Counted from the first letter of the stretch, positions 9,881 to 21,418 are shown. The stretch is DNA of 64,000 nucleotides from Candidatus Bathyarchaeota archaeon (GCA_963717465.1 OY970340.1:64001-128000); one strand, 5' to 3'. Numbers and translations are program-made. Notes: generated from the letters alone by a model not told the origin.

Positions 9881-11683
9881 ATGAGAATTCGCATAAAAAC
9901 TCTAATTGCTCTAATGGTAACTACTCTTTTCCTATTCTTGGTTATACAATTCTTTTCGAGTTCATTTGTTCAAAGTGAATTTTCAGGCATCGAACAGAAC
10001 GATGTGGATCAAACGATTAGCAGAATTCAGGTAGCAACTATAAACCGATTGACACAAATAGACAGCGAACTAGTCAGCTGGTCCCAACTTAACAGCACAT
10101 ACGAATTCATGCAAAATCCACAGAACGACACTGAATTCGAAGAAACTTACCTGACGGCAGCTTCCTTGTCCAACTTGGGAATAAATTTTGTCATTTTTCT
10201 AGACCCTCAAGGCAATTACATGACAAGTATGGGTGTGAATTTGATCGATTTAACCCAGGTGCCTGTTCCTCAAGATATATTAACCAAAGTATCTAACGAC
10301 AGCACAATTTGGAACTTAGGTAGCGCCATAGATAACCCTAATTACGGCTTCATCTGGTCCTTGGAGGGACCTGTTATGGTGGCTTCTAGCCCTGTGTTGA
10401 TGACTGGCGGAGAAGGTCCCTCAGCAGGGGTTTTAATTTTTGCCCGTTATTTCGATTCGGGCAGCGAGGGAACAGGGGCTGGAGCAAGTGAAACAGAAAA
10501 ACTCCAAAATGTTTTGGGTTATCCAATAACGATGTTATCCATTGCCGACTGGGAAAAGGAAAATTCAATTCAAGACGATCCTCCTTCAACATACATTAAA
10601 CCGTTAAATCAGCAATACATCATAGGCTACGATATAATTGACGGAATCGACGGTCAGCCAATTTTAGTCATTGGAGCAACCATGCCCAGAACAGTCTATG
10701 ACCAAGGTTTACAAATAACTGAATACATCAATGAAATATTGATATCTGCTGGAATAACGTTTAGCTTAATCATCAGTTTACTAGTGGAATTTTCAGTTCT
10801 CAGAAAATTAAGCAATCTCACTTCATCTGTAATTAAAATCATGGCCAGCCCAGACCAATTCCAGAAGCTATCGGTTTCTGGAAACGATGAAATAACTTGG
10901 TTAACACGTTCAATCAACGGAATGATTGAACAAATTCACAAACAAAACGTTAAAATACAAAAAACAGAGCGCATGTCAGCCATCGGGGAACTCGCAAGGC
11001 AAGTTGGCCATGACCTTCGCAATCCCTTAGCAAGCATGAAGAACGCTGCATTTTATTTAAAGCGAAAAGGGAGTAAATGCACGGATGCAGATAGGGATAA
11101 AATGCTTTCGATTATCGAGGATGATATTAATCGTTCAAATAAAATTATAAACGATCTCATCGAATACTCAACCGAATTATATTTAAATGTTAGACAATGC
11201 TCAGCCAAAACACTTCTTAAAGATGCCTTACTTCAACTGCAAATTCCGAGCACTATCCAAATTGTGGATAACATTTCTGAGGAACCCAAAATTTTAGTGG
11301 ATATTGACAGAATGCAGCGAGTTTTCGCATCTATACTAGAGAATGCAGTTGAAGCCATGCCGCATGGAGGAACAATAGAGGTTCAAAGCAGCCAAGAAGA
11401 TTCCAACGTGAAAATATCGTTCAGTGATACTGGAGAAGGTATAGATATAGACATAAGGCCAAAAATTTTCTCGCCGCTGATTACAACAAAAGCTCGGGGC
11501 ATGGGGTTAAGTTTAGCAATTTGCAAACGCATTGTGGATAGTCATGGTGGCAAAATAGAGTTTGAAAGCGCCGTGGGCAAGGGCACGACGTTCAGAATAA
11601 TTTTGCCGCTTAAACCAAAAATTAAACGACGCGAAAAAGCTGAGTCGCCTAAACCTGACCCATTGCTTCATTACAAGAATTAA
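9881..11683 (+). CDS. Membrane sensor histidine kinase (CHASE4-HAMP-HisKA-HATPase)
   Basis: Two TMs, H-box VGHDLRNPL, N-box ENAVEAM, DTGEGI, GMGLSL, GKGTTF. Confidence 0.93.
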   Translation: MRIRIKTLIALMVTTLFLFLVIQFFSSSFVQSEFSGIEQNDVDQTISRIQVATINRLTQIDSELVSWSQLNSTYEFMQNPQNDTEFEETYLTAASLSNLGINFVIFLDPQGNYMTSMGVNLIDLTQVPVPQDILTKVSNDSTIWNLGSAIDNPNYGFIWSLEGPVMVASSPVLMTGGEGPSAGVLIFARYFDSGSEGTGAGASETEKLQNVLGYPITMLSIADWEKENSIQDDPPSTYIKPLNQQYIIGYDIIDGIDGQPILVIGATMPRTVYDQGLQITEYINEILISAGITFSLIISLLVEFSVLRKLSNLTSSVIKIMASPDQFQKLSVSGNDEITWLTRSINGMIEQIHKQNVKIQKTERMSAIGELARQVGHDLRNPLASMKNAAFYLKRKGSKCTDADRDKMLSIIEDDINRSNKIINDLIEYSTELYLNVRQCSAKTLLKDALLQLQIPSTIQIVDNISEEPKILVDIDRMQRVFASILENAVEAMPHGGTIEVQSSQEDSNVKISFSDTGEGIDIDIRPKIFSPLITTKARGMGLSLAICKRIVDSHGGKIEFESAVGKGTTFRIILPLKPKIKRREKAESPKPDPLLHYKN

Positions 11684-12053
11684 GACAATTTTCAAATATT
11701 TGACAATCAAGCGAATATGCAATTGAACGCTACTTCACAAATTGTGCGTTTACAAGTAATTGTATGTTCAATATCATTTAATCACAGAAATCAAGAAATT
11801 ATTCTTTAATTGAATCTTGAAAAATAATGCGCAATTTGCCTAAAACAGGAAATCCCATTCCTTTCCTGCTCCTTTACTTGCTAGCCTGTTAATATGACTG
11901 CATTGAAAAGAAGATCTATCTTTAATCCCGCACGGCATTACACAAAATCTGTAGCTTCAATTAATAACGCTTTATAATAACATGTTAAGAAACGAGTTTT
12001 AGGTCCAATTATGACCAAGGGCATTACAAGAAACCAGTCAAACCGTTTAGAAG

Positions 12054-12695
12054 TTGAAGCATATTCTTAGCAAGAGAATAGGAGGCCTACTTTTCATCAT
12101 TGGCGCAGTTCAGTTTGTCATAGCAGTCTTTATTTCCCAAGCGATCTATCCTAGCTACGATGTCTTGCAGCAAGTTACAAGTGACTTAGGTAACTGGAGC
12201 TTATCAACCAACTCCGCAATAGTCTTCAACATATCGCTTTGCCTGCTGGGGGCATTCATGATTGCTGGGGCCTATTTTATCCAAAAAGGACTCAACAATA
12301 GAACTTTTACCTCCCTATTTGTTATCGCTGGAATTAGCATTATTGTGACAGGCTTTATTACTGAGAACATTTTCTTGCCAGTGCATTTATTTTTCTCTGT
12401 GGTGACCTTTGTCTTTATAGCGGCTTGCTCCTTGACGGGCTATAAGTTTGAGAAGTCACCTGTTTCATATCTATCAGCTTCTTTGGGGGCTGTCGCTTTT
12501 TTGGCAATGATCTTGTTTGTTTTGGGCTTAGCATTTGGAAATAGCAATTTCGACTTGGGCTTAGGTAAAGGCGGAATGGAACGCCTCATAATATATCCAT
12601 GTTTGCTTGCGTTGTTTGCCTGTGGCGCATGCTTAATTACAGGTTTCATTAAAACTCTCCCGGCCGAAATAAATCGGACAGCGATTCACCATTGA
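12054..12695 (+). CDS. DUF998 membrane protein
   Basis: YP.Y..SDLG and GLG.GGMER motifs, multiple TMs. Confidence 0.85.
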   Translation: MKHILSKRIGGLLFIIGAVQFVIAVFISQAIYPSYDVLQQVTSDLGNWSLSTNSAIVFNISLCLLGAFMIAGAYFIQKGLNNRTFTSLFVIAGISIIVTGFITENIFLPVHLFFSVVTFVFIAACSLTGYKFEKSPVSYLSASLGAVAFLAMILFVLGLAFGNSNFDLGLGKGGMERLIIYPCLLALFACGACLITGFIKTLPAEINRTAIHH

Positions 12696-12799
12696 GAGAA
12701 GCTTGGATTTCCAGATTCCCGACAAATTGATTAGATTATTAAAACAGGCTTAAAATCAGTCGACATAAGTTTAAATATTGAATTATTTAAGCAGTTTCC

Positions 12800-13084
12800 A
12801 TGGAAGTCAAACGAATTCAAAACATCGATTCACTAAAAAAACTACATGAAACAAACAAAAAATAACACTCAAAAATACTGAAGATACTTGACAAAGAACT
12901 AAAAAAGCAAATCACCGTCCCTTTGGGAGAAAAACTCGAAACACGCATAAGCATTAAAACCGCACTCTATCACAGGGTTATGGAAGACATGATACACTAC
13001 GGAGAATTGTCTGCAGCACTTTGGCAAATGAACCTTGAAGCTCCATACAGCGGCTTTTGGCATCACAAATATCAAAATCCCTAA
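12800..13084 (+). pseudogene. DinB-like protein C-terminal remnant
   Basis: Manual translation gives ...ALYHRVMEDMIHYGELSAALWQMNLEAPY..., resembling the DinB H..E..H.G motif; the N-terminus is broken by a stop/frameshift near 12862. Confidence 0.45.
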
Positions 13085-13171
13085 GCAACAAGTCGAACAC
13101 TCATCAGCGAATGGAAAGATTGACAGCTTTACTTCGGTAATCTGTGGGAAAATGAAAAATTTGTGTGGGAC

Positions 13172-13687
13172 TTACTCTAATTTCTTGCTTAGAGTTAAGG
13201 ATTTTAGTTGAAGTGGCTTAAACACCGTGTTTGTTCCAAGGTTGACGATGAAACTTTCGCTTCCCACTATCCAATCGGACAATTCGGATTCTACCGACTT
13301 TCTAAAGTCAGTATAACCCGTGAAGTTTTCGTGAACTGAAAAGCACGCTAAATCCCAGCCCATTCCCAGCCCCTCCAATACCAAGACAACGCCTGGGAGT
13401 TTCATATACCAATCTTTTAGTTTCTTTACTGATTCTTCTTTTGTTTGCCCTCTTTGGCTTCTTACGTTAGTTTTAAGAAATGTTATTGCAAAAATTTCGA
13501 AACCGATTTCAAAGAATTTCGGTATAACTGTGTAGCCTAACATGTAATTCTCTTCAAGCATTGCTCTTCTTCGAGTTATGGTAGGCTGAGAAACACCCAA
13601 GACTTTAGCCAGTTGCCTATCACTCCTATGCGAGTCCTTCATTAATTCAAACAATAATTTATAATCAATCGATTTCAACTCTTTCAT
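13172..13687 (-). CDS. Lrp/AsnC-family transcriptional regulator
   Basis: LFELMKDSHRSDRQLAKVLGVSQPTITRRR HTH; start placed at MKELKS. Confidence 0.9.
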   Translation of the reverse strand: MKELKSIDYKLLFELMKDSHRSDRQLAKVLGVSQPTITRRRAMLEENYMLGYTVIPKFFEIGFEIFAITFLKTNVRSQRGQTKEESVKKLKDWYMKLPGVVLVLEGLGMGWDLACFSVHENFTGYTDFRKSVESELSDWIVGSESFIVNLGTNTVFKPLQLKSLTLSKKLE

Positions 13688-13873
13688 AGTTATCATCTTT
13701 TTTAATATCATGAATTTTTTGCCAAAATATAAACTTAATTGTTTAATATAAAGAAACATATCAAGAAATCACTGATTAACTTTAGAGATTATAAAAACAA
13801 AACATTGAAAAACGGATGCTATACAAAAAGCCTATTCACTCATGTAAGAATAAAAAAAGAGGGGGTTTTCAGT

Positions 13874-14584
13874 TTAAACTGATGTTGGCGGTTGTGCTGG
13901 TGCTCCTGTATCTGCTGGGGTTGGCAAAGGTTTTAGCGTTAAGAATGCTATTGCTAGGAAGATTATTGAAATCCAAATTATTATGTACCCAATGCCGACA
14001 ATCGTTAGAATTGCGCCGATAAGCAAAAGTGTTCCTGTAGTTGCGAATAACCCTTGACCTGCTTTTTGGGAAAGCATGTTTAATGATCTTCTCATTAGGA
14101 GAGCCGCGATCACAAAGAAGACAAGCAGAATGACTAGAACTGCTACAATGCCTCCGGCTGTGGATCTAACTATGGATGCAGCGAAAGAAGCTATTTGATC
14201 TGGAGTGGTTGGAGTTTGTGCAGTCATAGTTGAAAGTGCTGACCAATCACCGAATGTCCAACCTGGATAAATCGTCGTCAAAACAGTCGGTAGAATTAAG
14301 TAGAAAGCAGCTGTCACTGCAGCTATGACCCCGATTATCCCCGCGACTAAGCCGTATAAAAAGTCGTAAAATATGCCTGAATTTTTGTAATAATCTGCTA
14401 AACCCTTCAAGCCTATAAGCAAAAGTATTAGACCTATCAAGGATAACCCTGAGGCAGGCGGGGATATTCTAGGAACCAAAAAGCCAATCAAAAGCAGTAT
14501 TGCACCTATGCCACCTAAATACTTGCTTGTATCAAGATTCAATTTTATTCTCCTCCATTTTCTTGAAAAACATAGATATTGCAT
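13874..14584 (-). CDS. DUF996 membrane protein (true start probably ~14542)
   Basis: KYLGGIGAILLL, LF.TTG.LLLIGAILTI..IG motifs. Confidence 0.85.
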   Translation of the reverse strand: MQYLCFSRKWRRIKLNLDTSKYLGGIGAILLLIGFLVPRISPPASGLSLIGLILLLIGLKGLADYYKNSGIFYDFLYGLVAGIIGVIAAVTAAFYLILPTVLTTIYPGWTFGDWSALSTMTAQTPTTPDQIASFAASIVRSTAGGIVAVLVILLVFFVIAALLMRRSLNMLSQKAGQGLFATTGTLLLIGAILTIVGIGYIIIWISIIFLAIAFLTLKPLPTPADTGAPAQPPTSV

Positions 14585-14821
14585 GAGTGATATAGCCCTA
14601 ACATTTAGATCATCAACTCTAACAGTTAGAGACCCAAACAGGCGGATTATTCAAGCCGAAAACATGCAAAAAGATAAGCAGGCAAGCAGTTTAAGCTGAA
14701 CAAACCTCTCTCGTCCATTATATCTAAAGAGAACCAGCTAAGCCAAGTGTTAAACCAAATATTAGTTATGCTGCGCCTGAATTTTTTTGACCGAGGCGAA
14801 GAGTATCATACGTTCAAATAA

Positions 14822-15232
14822 TCATTTGAATTTTTCAAGCGTCAATTCAAGCTGATCAAAGTCTTTCAGGATTGTATCTGAATGTGCCATAATCCATGGG
14901 CTTAAGCAATCCATTGCTGATACAACGATAACCTTCTTGCCTTTACGTTTAGCATAAAATAGTTCCATGCATGCTCCTGCTGACAGCTTTGGCAAATAAA
15001 CAATCATAATATCGCATCTGTCAGCATCATCTAAATCTCGCTGTACAAAGTCAAACGTTTTATAAGTATTCCACCAACATTCTTCATTTCCCGTGTAGAG
15101 TACCTTTTCACGTTGCCAAGGGTCAATAACATCAAAACCTATTTTTGCACAGACCTTGGTAATTGCTTCCCTATACACTTGGTTATTTTCCATTCCTAAA
15201 ATAGGACCCGAAATGAACACTGCTTTCTTCAT
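14822..15232 (-). CDS. Nucleoside 2-deoxyribosyltransferase-like protein
   Basis: VFISGP, DP, RDL...CD, SAGACMELFYA motifs. Confidence 0.75.
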   Translation of the reverse strand: MKKAVFISGPILGMENNQVYREAITKVCAKIGFDVIDPWQREKVLYTGNEECWWNTYKTFDFVQRDLDDADRCDIMIVYLPKLSAGACMELFYAKRKGKKVIVVSAMDCLSPWIMAHSDTILKDFDQLELTLEKFK

Positions 15233-15496
15233 AGCCTAATTAACCATAAAATCATAAAAATAAGTTTTTGGTGCACGCATATGCTTTAAGAAAGAAGTAA
15301 GTTCCAGATTTGAACTAGAGCCTATAGCGCGTGGGAAGCATAGTTTATCGGTGCTCTTTTTATGTGAGCATTAATTATTTTTTGAAGTCCAGCATTTTCT
15401 TTTTCGACTCTATTAGAGCACAATACAACATGAGAAAATACATTATCAAAAAAGAATCATTCAGATTAAATAGAAAAAAGGTAGGAGTTTTTGTAT

Positions 15497-16864
15497 TTAA
15501 CCCCAAGTTGGGTAGTCAAAACCCATATCTTTGAACTCTTTTGTCATCTTGTTATAATGGTCTATGTACCATTTGTTGGGTCGAAGAGTTTCTTTGTCGT
15601 AGAATTCGTATAGGTCCTTCGGTGGAGGTTGGCCGCCCATGGGCACAATAGTCGGCTCATATTTTTTGATAAGATCTTTAATCACCTTGATTCCTTCGCT
15701 TACCTTCATTCCAGCTGCTGCTCTTGTCACTTCACTTCCAAATCTTATGTCCAAAGCAGGCATACCGCCGACCATCCACATTCCCTCCATTCCTGATATG
15801 CAAGAAGTTATGCAGGCGGCTGCTGTAGCCAAATAATTGGTTTCAGTGGCAAATTGGCCAACTGCGCCTAATCCGCTGGAAATCCATGGATTTCTTGTGT
15901 TTCTTTCTGCGGCTAAAGCCATGGCTGAATTGCACCAAAAGACATCTGTTCCTTCGTAACGATTATCGAGCGTGTTGCTCATTGCCTGTGTGAATGAGCC
16001 ATCGGCGTAAGCCATCTGACCCAGCGAATGAGCCATCCCTTCAAGAACCGCTTCTTCAGGACAACTGATATACGCATATAGAGTAGGGCTAGTACTCTGC
16101 CATGGAACAATCCCATGCTGCATAGCAAAATAGGCAAGATTAAGCCTATCAATGACTACCCTCATGTCCTGCAGTATATGCACTGGCATCATACAGTTTT
16201 TAGGCGTATAGTAGCCAGGATCAAAAGCCTGCATTAACGCAACCATGCTCGTACCAGTTTCTGGGAATCCGAGTAACATGCCAGGTCTTCCAGCAGCGCG
16301 TGTGCCTGCAGTCATCAGTTCACATTCGGCGTGAACTGCTAGTGACTCAGTAGGCGTTGCATACGTTGATTTCTGACCAAAAGACGCCTCCATTATTGCA
16401 GTCATCATTCCATCCGTAGTCGGTTCACGAGCAGTAAGATAAACGGCGTCCCTCCACTGTTGTATGTCACTTCCCATCCATCCGCCCGCATTTAGACAGT
16501 ATGGATGCTGCTTATCCTCAGGACCCCTAATATGCATCCTCAGAATATCTCTGCCTGATCCCCATTCAACCTCATGCTTTCTTGTTTTAGCAACCTCTCT
16601 AAGTTCATTTTCACTAAACTTAACTATGTGCTTAGTATCTTTACAGTACAACCCGCACTGAACAAGCAACTGTATGCTGCCTTCAAAAATAGCATCAGCC
16701 ATCTGCGGATCTGACATTATTGGTTCGCCTGGTTCCCATTTGATCTTGTAGTCTTGGACGAGTTTCTTTAGTATTGTTGGAAAATACGTGTTCTCAAATT
16801 CATCTTCTTTCATTATTGGACCCGTTCTTGTTCTTTCTAAAACTTCCCACAAAAGATGTCCCAT
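15497..16864 (-). CDS. Monomethylamine methyltransferase MtmB-family protein, pyrrolysine-free (paralog 1)
   Basis: ERTRTGP, ADAIF..G...L..G.YC.DT, AGRPGM..FPET, RF.SEV.RAAAG; uninterrupted ORF with no amber codon. Confidence 0.88.
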   Translation of the reverse strand: MGHLLWEVLERTRTGPIMKEDEFENTYFPTILKKLVQDYKIKWEPGEPIMSDPQMADAIFEGSIQLLVQCGLYCKDTKHIVKFSENELREVAKTRKHEVEWGSGRDILRMHIRGPEDKQHPYCLNAGGWMGSDIQQWRDAVYLTAREPTTDGMMTAIMEASFGQKSTYATPTESLAVHAECELMTAGTRAAGRPGMLLGFPETGTSMVALMQAFDPGYYTPKNCMMPVHILQDMRVVIDRLNLAYFAMQHGIVPWQSTSPTLYAYISCPEEAVLEGMAHSLGQMAYADGSFTQAMSNTLDNRYEGTDVFWCNSAMALAAERNTRNPWISSGLGAVGQFATETNYLATAAACITSCISGMEGMWMVGGMPALDIRFGSEVTRAAAGMKVSEGIKVIKDLIKKYEPTIVPMGGQPPPKDLYEFYDKETLRPNKWYIDHYNKMTKEFKDMGFDYPTWG

Positions 16865-17013
16865 ATTTCTTTCTCCTTTTTCGGGATTAAAATCCCAAAT
16901 TAATATGGGTTAATTAATCATTTAATGCTTGTGCAACCGAGCTATTTTTCAATCGCTAAGCATGGACGCGGGCTTAAAGAAACATTAATTTATAATGCTT
17001 GTTTTTTCAAAAA

Positions 17014-17910
17014 CTATACTTTCTGGATTTTGTTCATTGGGCGAGGCAAGATGGGATCTGTGCCGTCAATAGCTCGATCAAGGGCTTGCAGAAGCTTTTC
17101 CTTGTTTTCCGGCAGCATCCCTTCCAAGTGTAGGCAGTTGGATGGGTGAATTGACGTGAAGCCGCAATGTTTCAGCTCCAGGTCCTTAATTATGATGCGC
17201 ATTTCCTGTAGTATTTCCATATCGGTCGGGATCTCGAATTCACCATTTTGAACTTTCTTATGCAATTCTGTTCCGGGGATTACCATAATCGTTAATGCGC
17301 CGATGTAATCGGGTTGGATTTCGTTACAAATACGTGCGGTGCTTTTAGCGTGCTCCAGAGCCTGGGGTGTTCTTCCAGCTAGTCCTAAGATAACGGTGAT
17401 AAACAGCTGAATGCCAGATTCATGCACCTTTTTTCCGGCTTCAACCATTTGATCATAAGTCACGCCTTTGCGTACTTCACGAAGCACTTTTTCGTCCCCG
17501 CTCTCAACGCCCAGATGAGCCTCAACGAGTCCATGTCCGCGTAGTTGCTTCAGTTCAAGTGGTGCCTTGTTTAGGATACTTGCAGGGCTGGCATAGGTCC
17601 CTACATAGAAGAGGCTTGGAAAGGTATCATACAGGCGACCCAAAATCTTTACCAAGCTTGAAGTAGGCATAGTTAGAGCATCCCCGTCTCCCAGAAACAC
17701 CTTCTTGACATCTCCATAGTATTCTTTTGCCAGCTTGATATCCTCAAGAATTTCATCCAAATTGCGGATCCGGTAGCGTTTGTCTTTATACATTGAACAA
17801 AATGTGCATTGGTTATGACTGCAACCGATGGTGCACTGAAGAATGTAGTCGTCTCCTGCAATGTGCGGGCTATAAATATCCCCTTCATAACGCATAATAA
17901 AACCGCCCAT
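17014..17910 (-). CDS. Radical SAM protein
   Basis: CSHNQCTFC, FLGDGDAL, GVESG. Confidence 0.92.
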   Translation of the reverse strand: MGGFIMRYEGDIYSPHIAGDDYILQCTIGCSHNQCTFCSMYKDKRYRIRNLDEILEDIKLAKEYYGDVKKVFLGDGDALTMPTSSLVKILGRLYDTFPSLFYVGTYASPASILNKAPLELKQLRGHGLVEAHLGVESGDEKVLREVRKGVTYDQMVEAGKKVHESGIQLFITVILGLAGRTPQALEHAKSTARICNEIQPDYIGALTIMVIPGTELHKKVQNGEFEIPTDMEILQEMRIIIKDLELKHCGFTSIHPSNCLHLEGMLPENKEKLLQALDRAIDGTDPILPRPMNKIQKV

Positions 17911-18065
17911 TTGAGGCGCCGCACAAATTGTTTATAATGTTAATGCCCCATTGAGTAATTGTAAACGTTTATCTTAAGTTTATTTGAAAAGCTGACTTCG
18001 GTAAACATAAAACCATGCACTTAACGGAAGCAAAGCTGAAATATGGGCAATTGACGAATATTTTT

Positions 18066-18458
18066 ATGCGTTGTAAAAACTGCGGCGTCTGCTGCATAAA
18101 CACAGAAATGCTGCTTAGCAACCAAGATATAAAACGCCTAACGGAAAAAGGCCACCTAAAAGAAAACTTCATGCAAATCGATCAAGATGGCTATGCACAA
18201 CTGAAAAACATAAACGGTCACTGTGTGTTCTACAATATCGCGAAAAGCAAGTGTAATATCTATGAAGATAGGCCGGAAGGATGCCAAATCTACCCAATAA
18301 TTCTTGACGAAGAAAAAGGCATCGTATTTGACGAGGGTTGTAGCGCAACAGAAACAATAACGGATGAGGAAAAACAGGCGAAAGGCAAAAAAGTAATCAC
18401 ACTTCTGCAAAAAATGGATCAACAGGCAAAATCACGAGCCTCCAACAGTCTTAAATAA
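18066..18458 (+). CDS. YkgJ-family cysteine cluster protein
   Basis: MRCKNCGVCC, CVF, CNIYEDRPEGCQIYP. Confidence 0.88.
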   Translation: MRCKNCGVCCINTEMLLSNQDIKRLTEKGHLKENFMQIDQDGYAQLKNINGHCVFYNIAKSKCNIYEDRPEGCQIYPIILDEEKGIVFDEGCSATETITDEEKQAKGKKVITLLQKMDQQAKSRASNSLK

Positions 18459-18844
18459 ATGATTTTGTAAAAAAGAAAGTCGTCAACAAAGTCAAAAGAA
18501 AAAATGGCGCTATTAGAGCAATGAAAAATAGAAATTTAGAAAATATCCTACGGTTTCACATTTAGATTGTGATTTTTAAGAAAAAATAGATTTTTGAATG
18601 CGTTCGCAGTCCATGAATTGTCCTCCAGCTACAGCGCTACCCTTTATCTACACGCGCTATTGCTCTCATTAATTGTCGCTTTGTTTGTCTGTCTCTGTTT
18701 TTGTCCGTTGTTCAATGAAGGTTTTGTTTCAAGGGTTTCAGGCATCTCATCAATTTTCAGGAAATGAGTTACACAGGAGTTGTATCTGATTAAACGAGCT
18801 AGTCTTTAAGAGTTCACATATTTATTCTCAAAAGGAGGGATTAT

Positions 18845-19474
18845 ATGGAAGTAGGTAAGCTGAAAAAGGACCTCGAAGATTTAAGCAGTTTTGCTTCGAA
18901 AAATGGTGCAACTGAAGTAAAAGTGATAGAATCCAGCAAAGTGGTTGTTGACGAACGAGTTCAACTGAAATGTGCATATCCTCCTTGTATTTACTATGGA
19001 AAAAGTCTTATGTGTCCACCTTATACGCCCAAAGCTAAAGATTTTCGAGAAATTGTTAAAAAATATGATTTTGCCATCGCCGCACAAATAACCCGTGCTT
19101 ATGATGACGAATTAAAAAAATACCTTAATGTAAATGGAGCAAAATTTCAAGATGTTATAAATAATCCTGAATTTCAAAAAGAAATGAAAGTTGTTATGGA
19201 TGATGTAACTAAAAGGCTTAGAAACCTCATTGCTTCCATAGAGAGAGAAGCTTTTAGCAGAGGGTATTATCTATCAATTGGACTTGGATCAGGCACCTGC
19301 TTATTATGCGAAACATGCGAATTAAAATATCCATGTAAACATCCATGGGAGGCTAGACCAAGCATGGAAGCTATGGGGATCGATATTACTAGAACTATGA
19401 GGAATGCGGGGCTACAGTTGACTTGGAATTCAGGAGAGAAAATCACCTTAAATTGTCTTGTTTTAATTGGTTAA
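18845..19474 (+). CDS. DUF2284 predicted metal-binding protein
   Basis: KC...C..YG....CPP, G.C.LC..C, C.HP..ARPSMEA.GID; RBS GGAGG upstream. Confidence 0.9.
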   Translation: MEVGKLKKDLEDLSSFASKNGATEVKVIESSKVVVDERVQLKCAYPPCIYYGKSLMCPPYTPKAKDFREIVKKYDFAIAAQITRAYDDELKKYLNVNGAKFQDVINNPEFQKEMKVVMDDVTKRLRNLIASIEREAFSRGYYLSIGLGSGTCLLCETCELKYPCKHPWEARPSMEAMGIDITRTMRNAGLQLTWNSGEKITLNCLVLIG

Positions 19475-19757
19475 ATTATGCGCGCTTAATAGCGCGCTAA
19501 AAAAATAGAGCTCTTTTAGCTTATTGTAAAGAATGGTTGCAATTGAAGCATAGTACCCAGTCCGCGATAGTATACGTACAATATTTTAGACATAGACATA
19601 CATAAATAGAGACAGACATCACACAGAGATAGAGATACATATCACACATATCTCTCAAATAAAAGATAAAAGTAGAAAAAAATAGCGCGCTGTTGATTCA
19701 ACTCTATCCCTAACTCTATTGAAGAATCCTAAACTCTTGTGTAACTAACAATTACGA

Positions 19758-20834
19758 TTAACCTTCATAGCCCCAATAATAATTAGTTCCTCCATCGATT
19801 GCGGAAGCTCGAACTTCTTTGCCAGAGTAGCACTTGCCAACAATAAGTAGTTTTGAACCGCATTTAGGGCAGGCGTACTCCGAAGTCAAGTTGTAAGTCA
19901 AATGGAACACATGTTTCCCACATCGACTAATCAACTGCTCGCCGCAGCTTGGGCAATTTGTGTCTCTTTCATACCTGTTATAAACGTACTTAAGCCCTAA
20001 ACGTCTAAGGTCATTGGATAGTTTTATTACGTTTACCTCAGTATTACTTTGTTCCCTTTGTTCCATTAAGCACTGCGCTCTAAACGGCAGTAAATGCAAC
20101 GGTGTTTCAGGACCTAAATTATCCAATATCCATTTGCCAAGTTTATGCAACTCTTGATTCGAATCACCGTGTTCAAGCATCACTAAATTTGTTAATTCGA
20201 CATGAACTTTTTTATCCCTAAATGTTTTAACACATTCAAATATAGGCTGAACATTGTGCACATCGCAGAGTTCTCTATAAAACTGACTGTTTCCTGAACC
20301 TTTAAAATCTACAGTTACTGCATCAATATAGGGCGAAATCATGTTTACAGCCTCAGGAGTCATGTAACCGTTGGTTACTATCGTGGAGTATAAGCCGTTT
20401 TTGTGTGCAAGTTTGGCTGTGTCATATGCGTATTCAAAGAAAATTGTTGGTTCATTATATGTGAAGCTTATCCCCTGGCAGTCATTTTTTAGGGCACTTT
20501 CAACAATTTCTAACGGCGAAAGCTTTTCAATTGCTACAAATTTTTTTTGGTTGCTCAATTCGTGGTTTATGCAGAATTTGCATCTGAAATTGCAGCTTGT
20601 TGTGCCAAAAGAAAATGTGGCAGACCCGGGGTTAAAGTGGTATTGCGCTTTTTTCTCTATATTATCAATAAATCTTAAACTTAAATAACCATAAATATCG
20701 GTTAATAACTTGGCGTTTTCATTTCTTCTCACATTACAATATCCGACTTTGCCCTCAGGAATAACACATCTTCTAGCGCAAAGGTCACAGCGCACGCCTA
20801 AGGTTGTTGGGGAGTAAAACATGGCTTCTTTCAA
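19758..20834 (-). CDS. AmmeMemoRadiSam-type (PFL-activase-like) radical SAM enzyme, paralog 1
   Basis: CDLCARRC..G.C.VR, IEKK..YHF.PG, CNFRCKFC, FTYNEPT, C-terminal CPSCG/CPKCG. Confidence 0.92.
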   Translation of the reverse strand: MKEAMFYSPTTLGVRCDLCARRCVIPEGKVGYCNVRRNENAKLLTDIYGYLSLRFIDNIEKKAQYHFNPGSATFSFGTTSCNFRCKFCINHELSNQKKFVAIEKLSPLEIVESALKNDCQGISFTYNEPTIFFEYAYDTAKLAHKNGLYSTIVTNGYMTPEAVNMISPYIDAVTVDFKGSGNSQFYRELCDVHNVQPIFECVKTFRDKKVHVELTNLVMLEHGDSNQELHKLGKWILDNLGPETPLHLLPFRAQCLMEQREQSNTEVNVIKLSNDLRRLGLKYVYNRYERDTNCPSCGEQLISRCGKHVFHLTYNLTSEYACPKCGSKLLIVGKCYSGKEVRASAIDGGTNYYWGYEG

Positions 20835-20880
20835 AAATTTACACCATTAGCCCCTAAAAATCTAAAAAAAATATTCTTCT

Positions 20881-21225
20881 TTAACTTATAGTAAAAAATG
20901 GCTGCAATTTCATCAAAAAGCCCATTTCTTTAACATCAAATTTGAATTCACCAGAGGGCATCATGTCTTTAAGAGACTTTTTTTTATCTAGCAACGCTTC
21001 AAGACAATCTGCTTTTGCAAAAATGAAGGCCAAATCATACTGACCTTTAGGTTTGATAGCCTTTTCATTTTTTTCTATTTTCCCGTCTGGAGCTATCTTC
21101 CACCACCATCCGATATTTTCGTCTGTAAAGACAAATTGTAGAGATTCGTCAACTCCAACAAGCAAAAAGGAATTTTCTTCAGCATATTCTAACATTCTTT
21201 TCATTACAACCTCAGCAGTGGTCAT
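20881..21225 (-). CDS. SCP2 sterol/lipid-binding-like small protein
   Basis: 114 aa; LQFVF, D..F, M.SGEFKF and L.KLQPFF pattern resembles SCP2. Confidence 0.55.
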   Translation of the reverse strand: MTTAEVVMKRMLEYAEENSFLLVGVDESLQFVFTDENIGWWWKIAPDGKIEKNEKAIKPKGQYDLAFIFAKADCLEALLDKKKSLKDMMPSGEFKFDVKEMGFLMKLQPFFTIS

Positions 21226-21263
21226 TTAATTTCACCATTCACCAATATAGGAATTGTTTGTTT

Positions 21264-21291
21264 ATTAATTCTAGTATTTACAGAAAGTAAA
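21264..21291 (-). promoter_or_regulatory. Promoter/operator shared with 24130-24157
   Basis: 25/28 identical to 24130-24157; both lie about 40 bp upstream of minus-strand starts. Confidence 0.6.
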
Positions 21292-21418
21292 AGCAGAGTA
21301 GATTCGCCAAGTAAATGTACTTTCTCAAGCAAAATCTTTTGAGCTCACGCGCTTTACTTTCTAAAAATAATTTTTTTTTAAATATAAAAAGGTAGGCTTC
21401 TCAGGAATTAACGCTCTG

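Noticed and set aside
8543..11683. PstS and histidine kinase as a Pho two-component system
   Set aside because: Only divergent adjacency; no pstCAB, phoU or response regulator here, and standalone CHASE4 kinases are not phosphate specific
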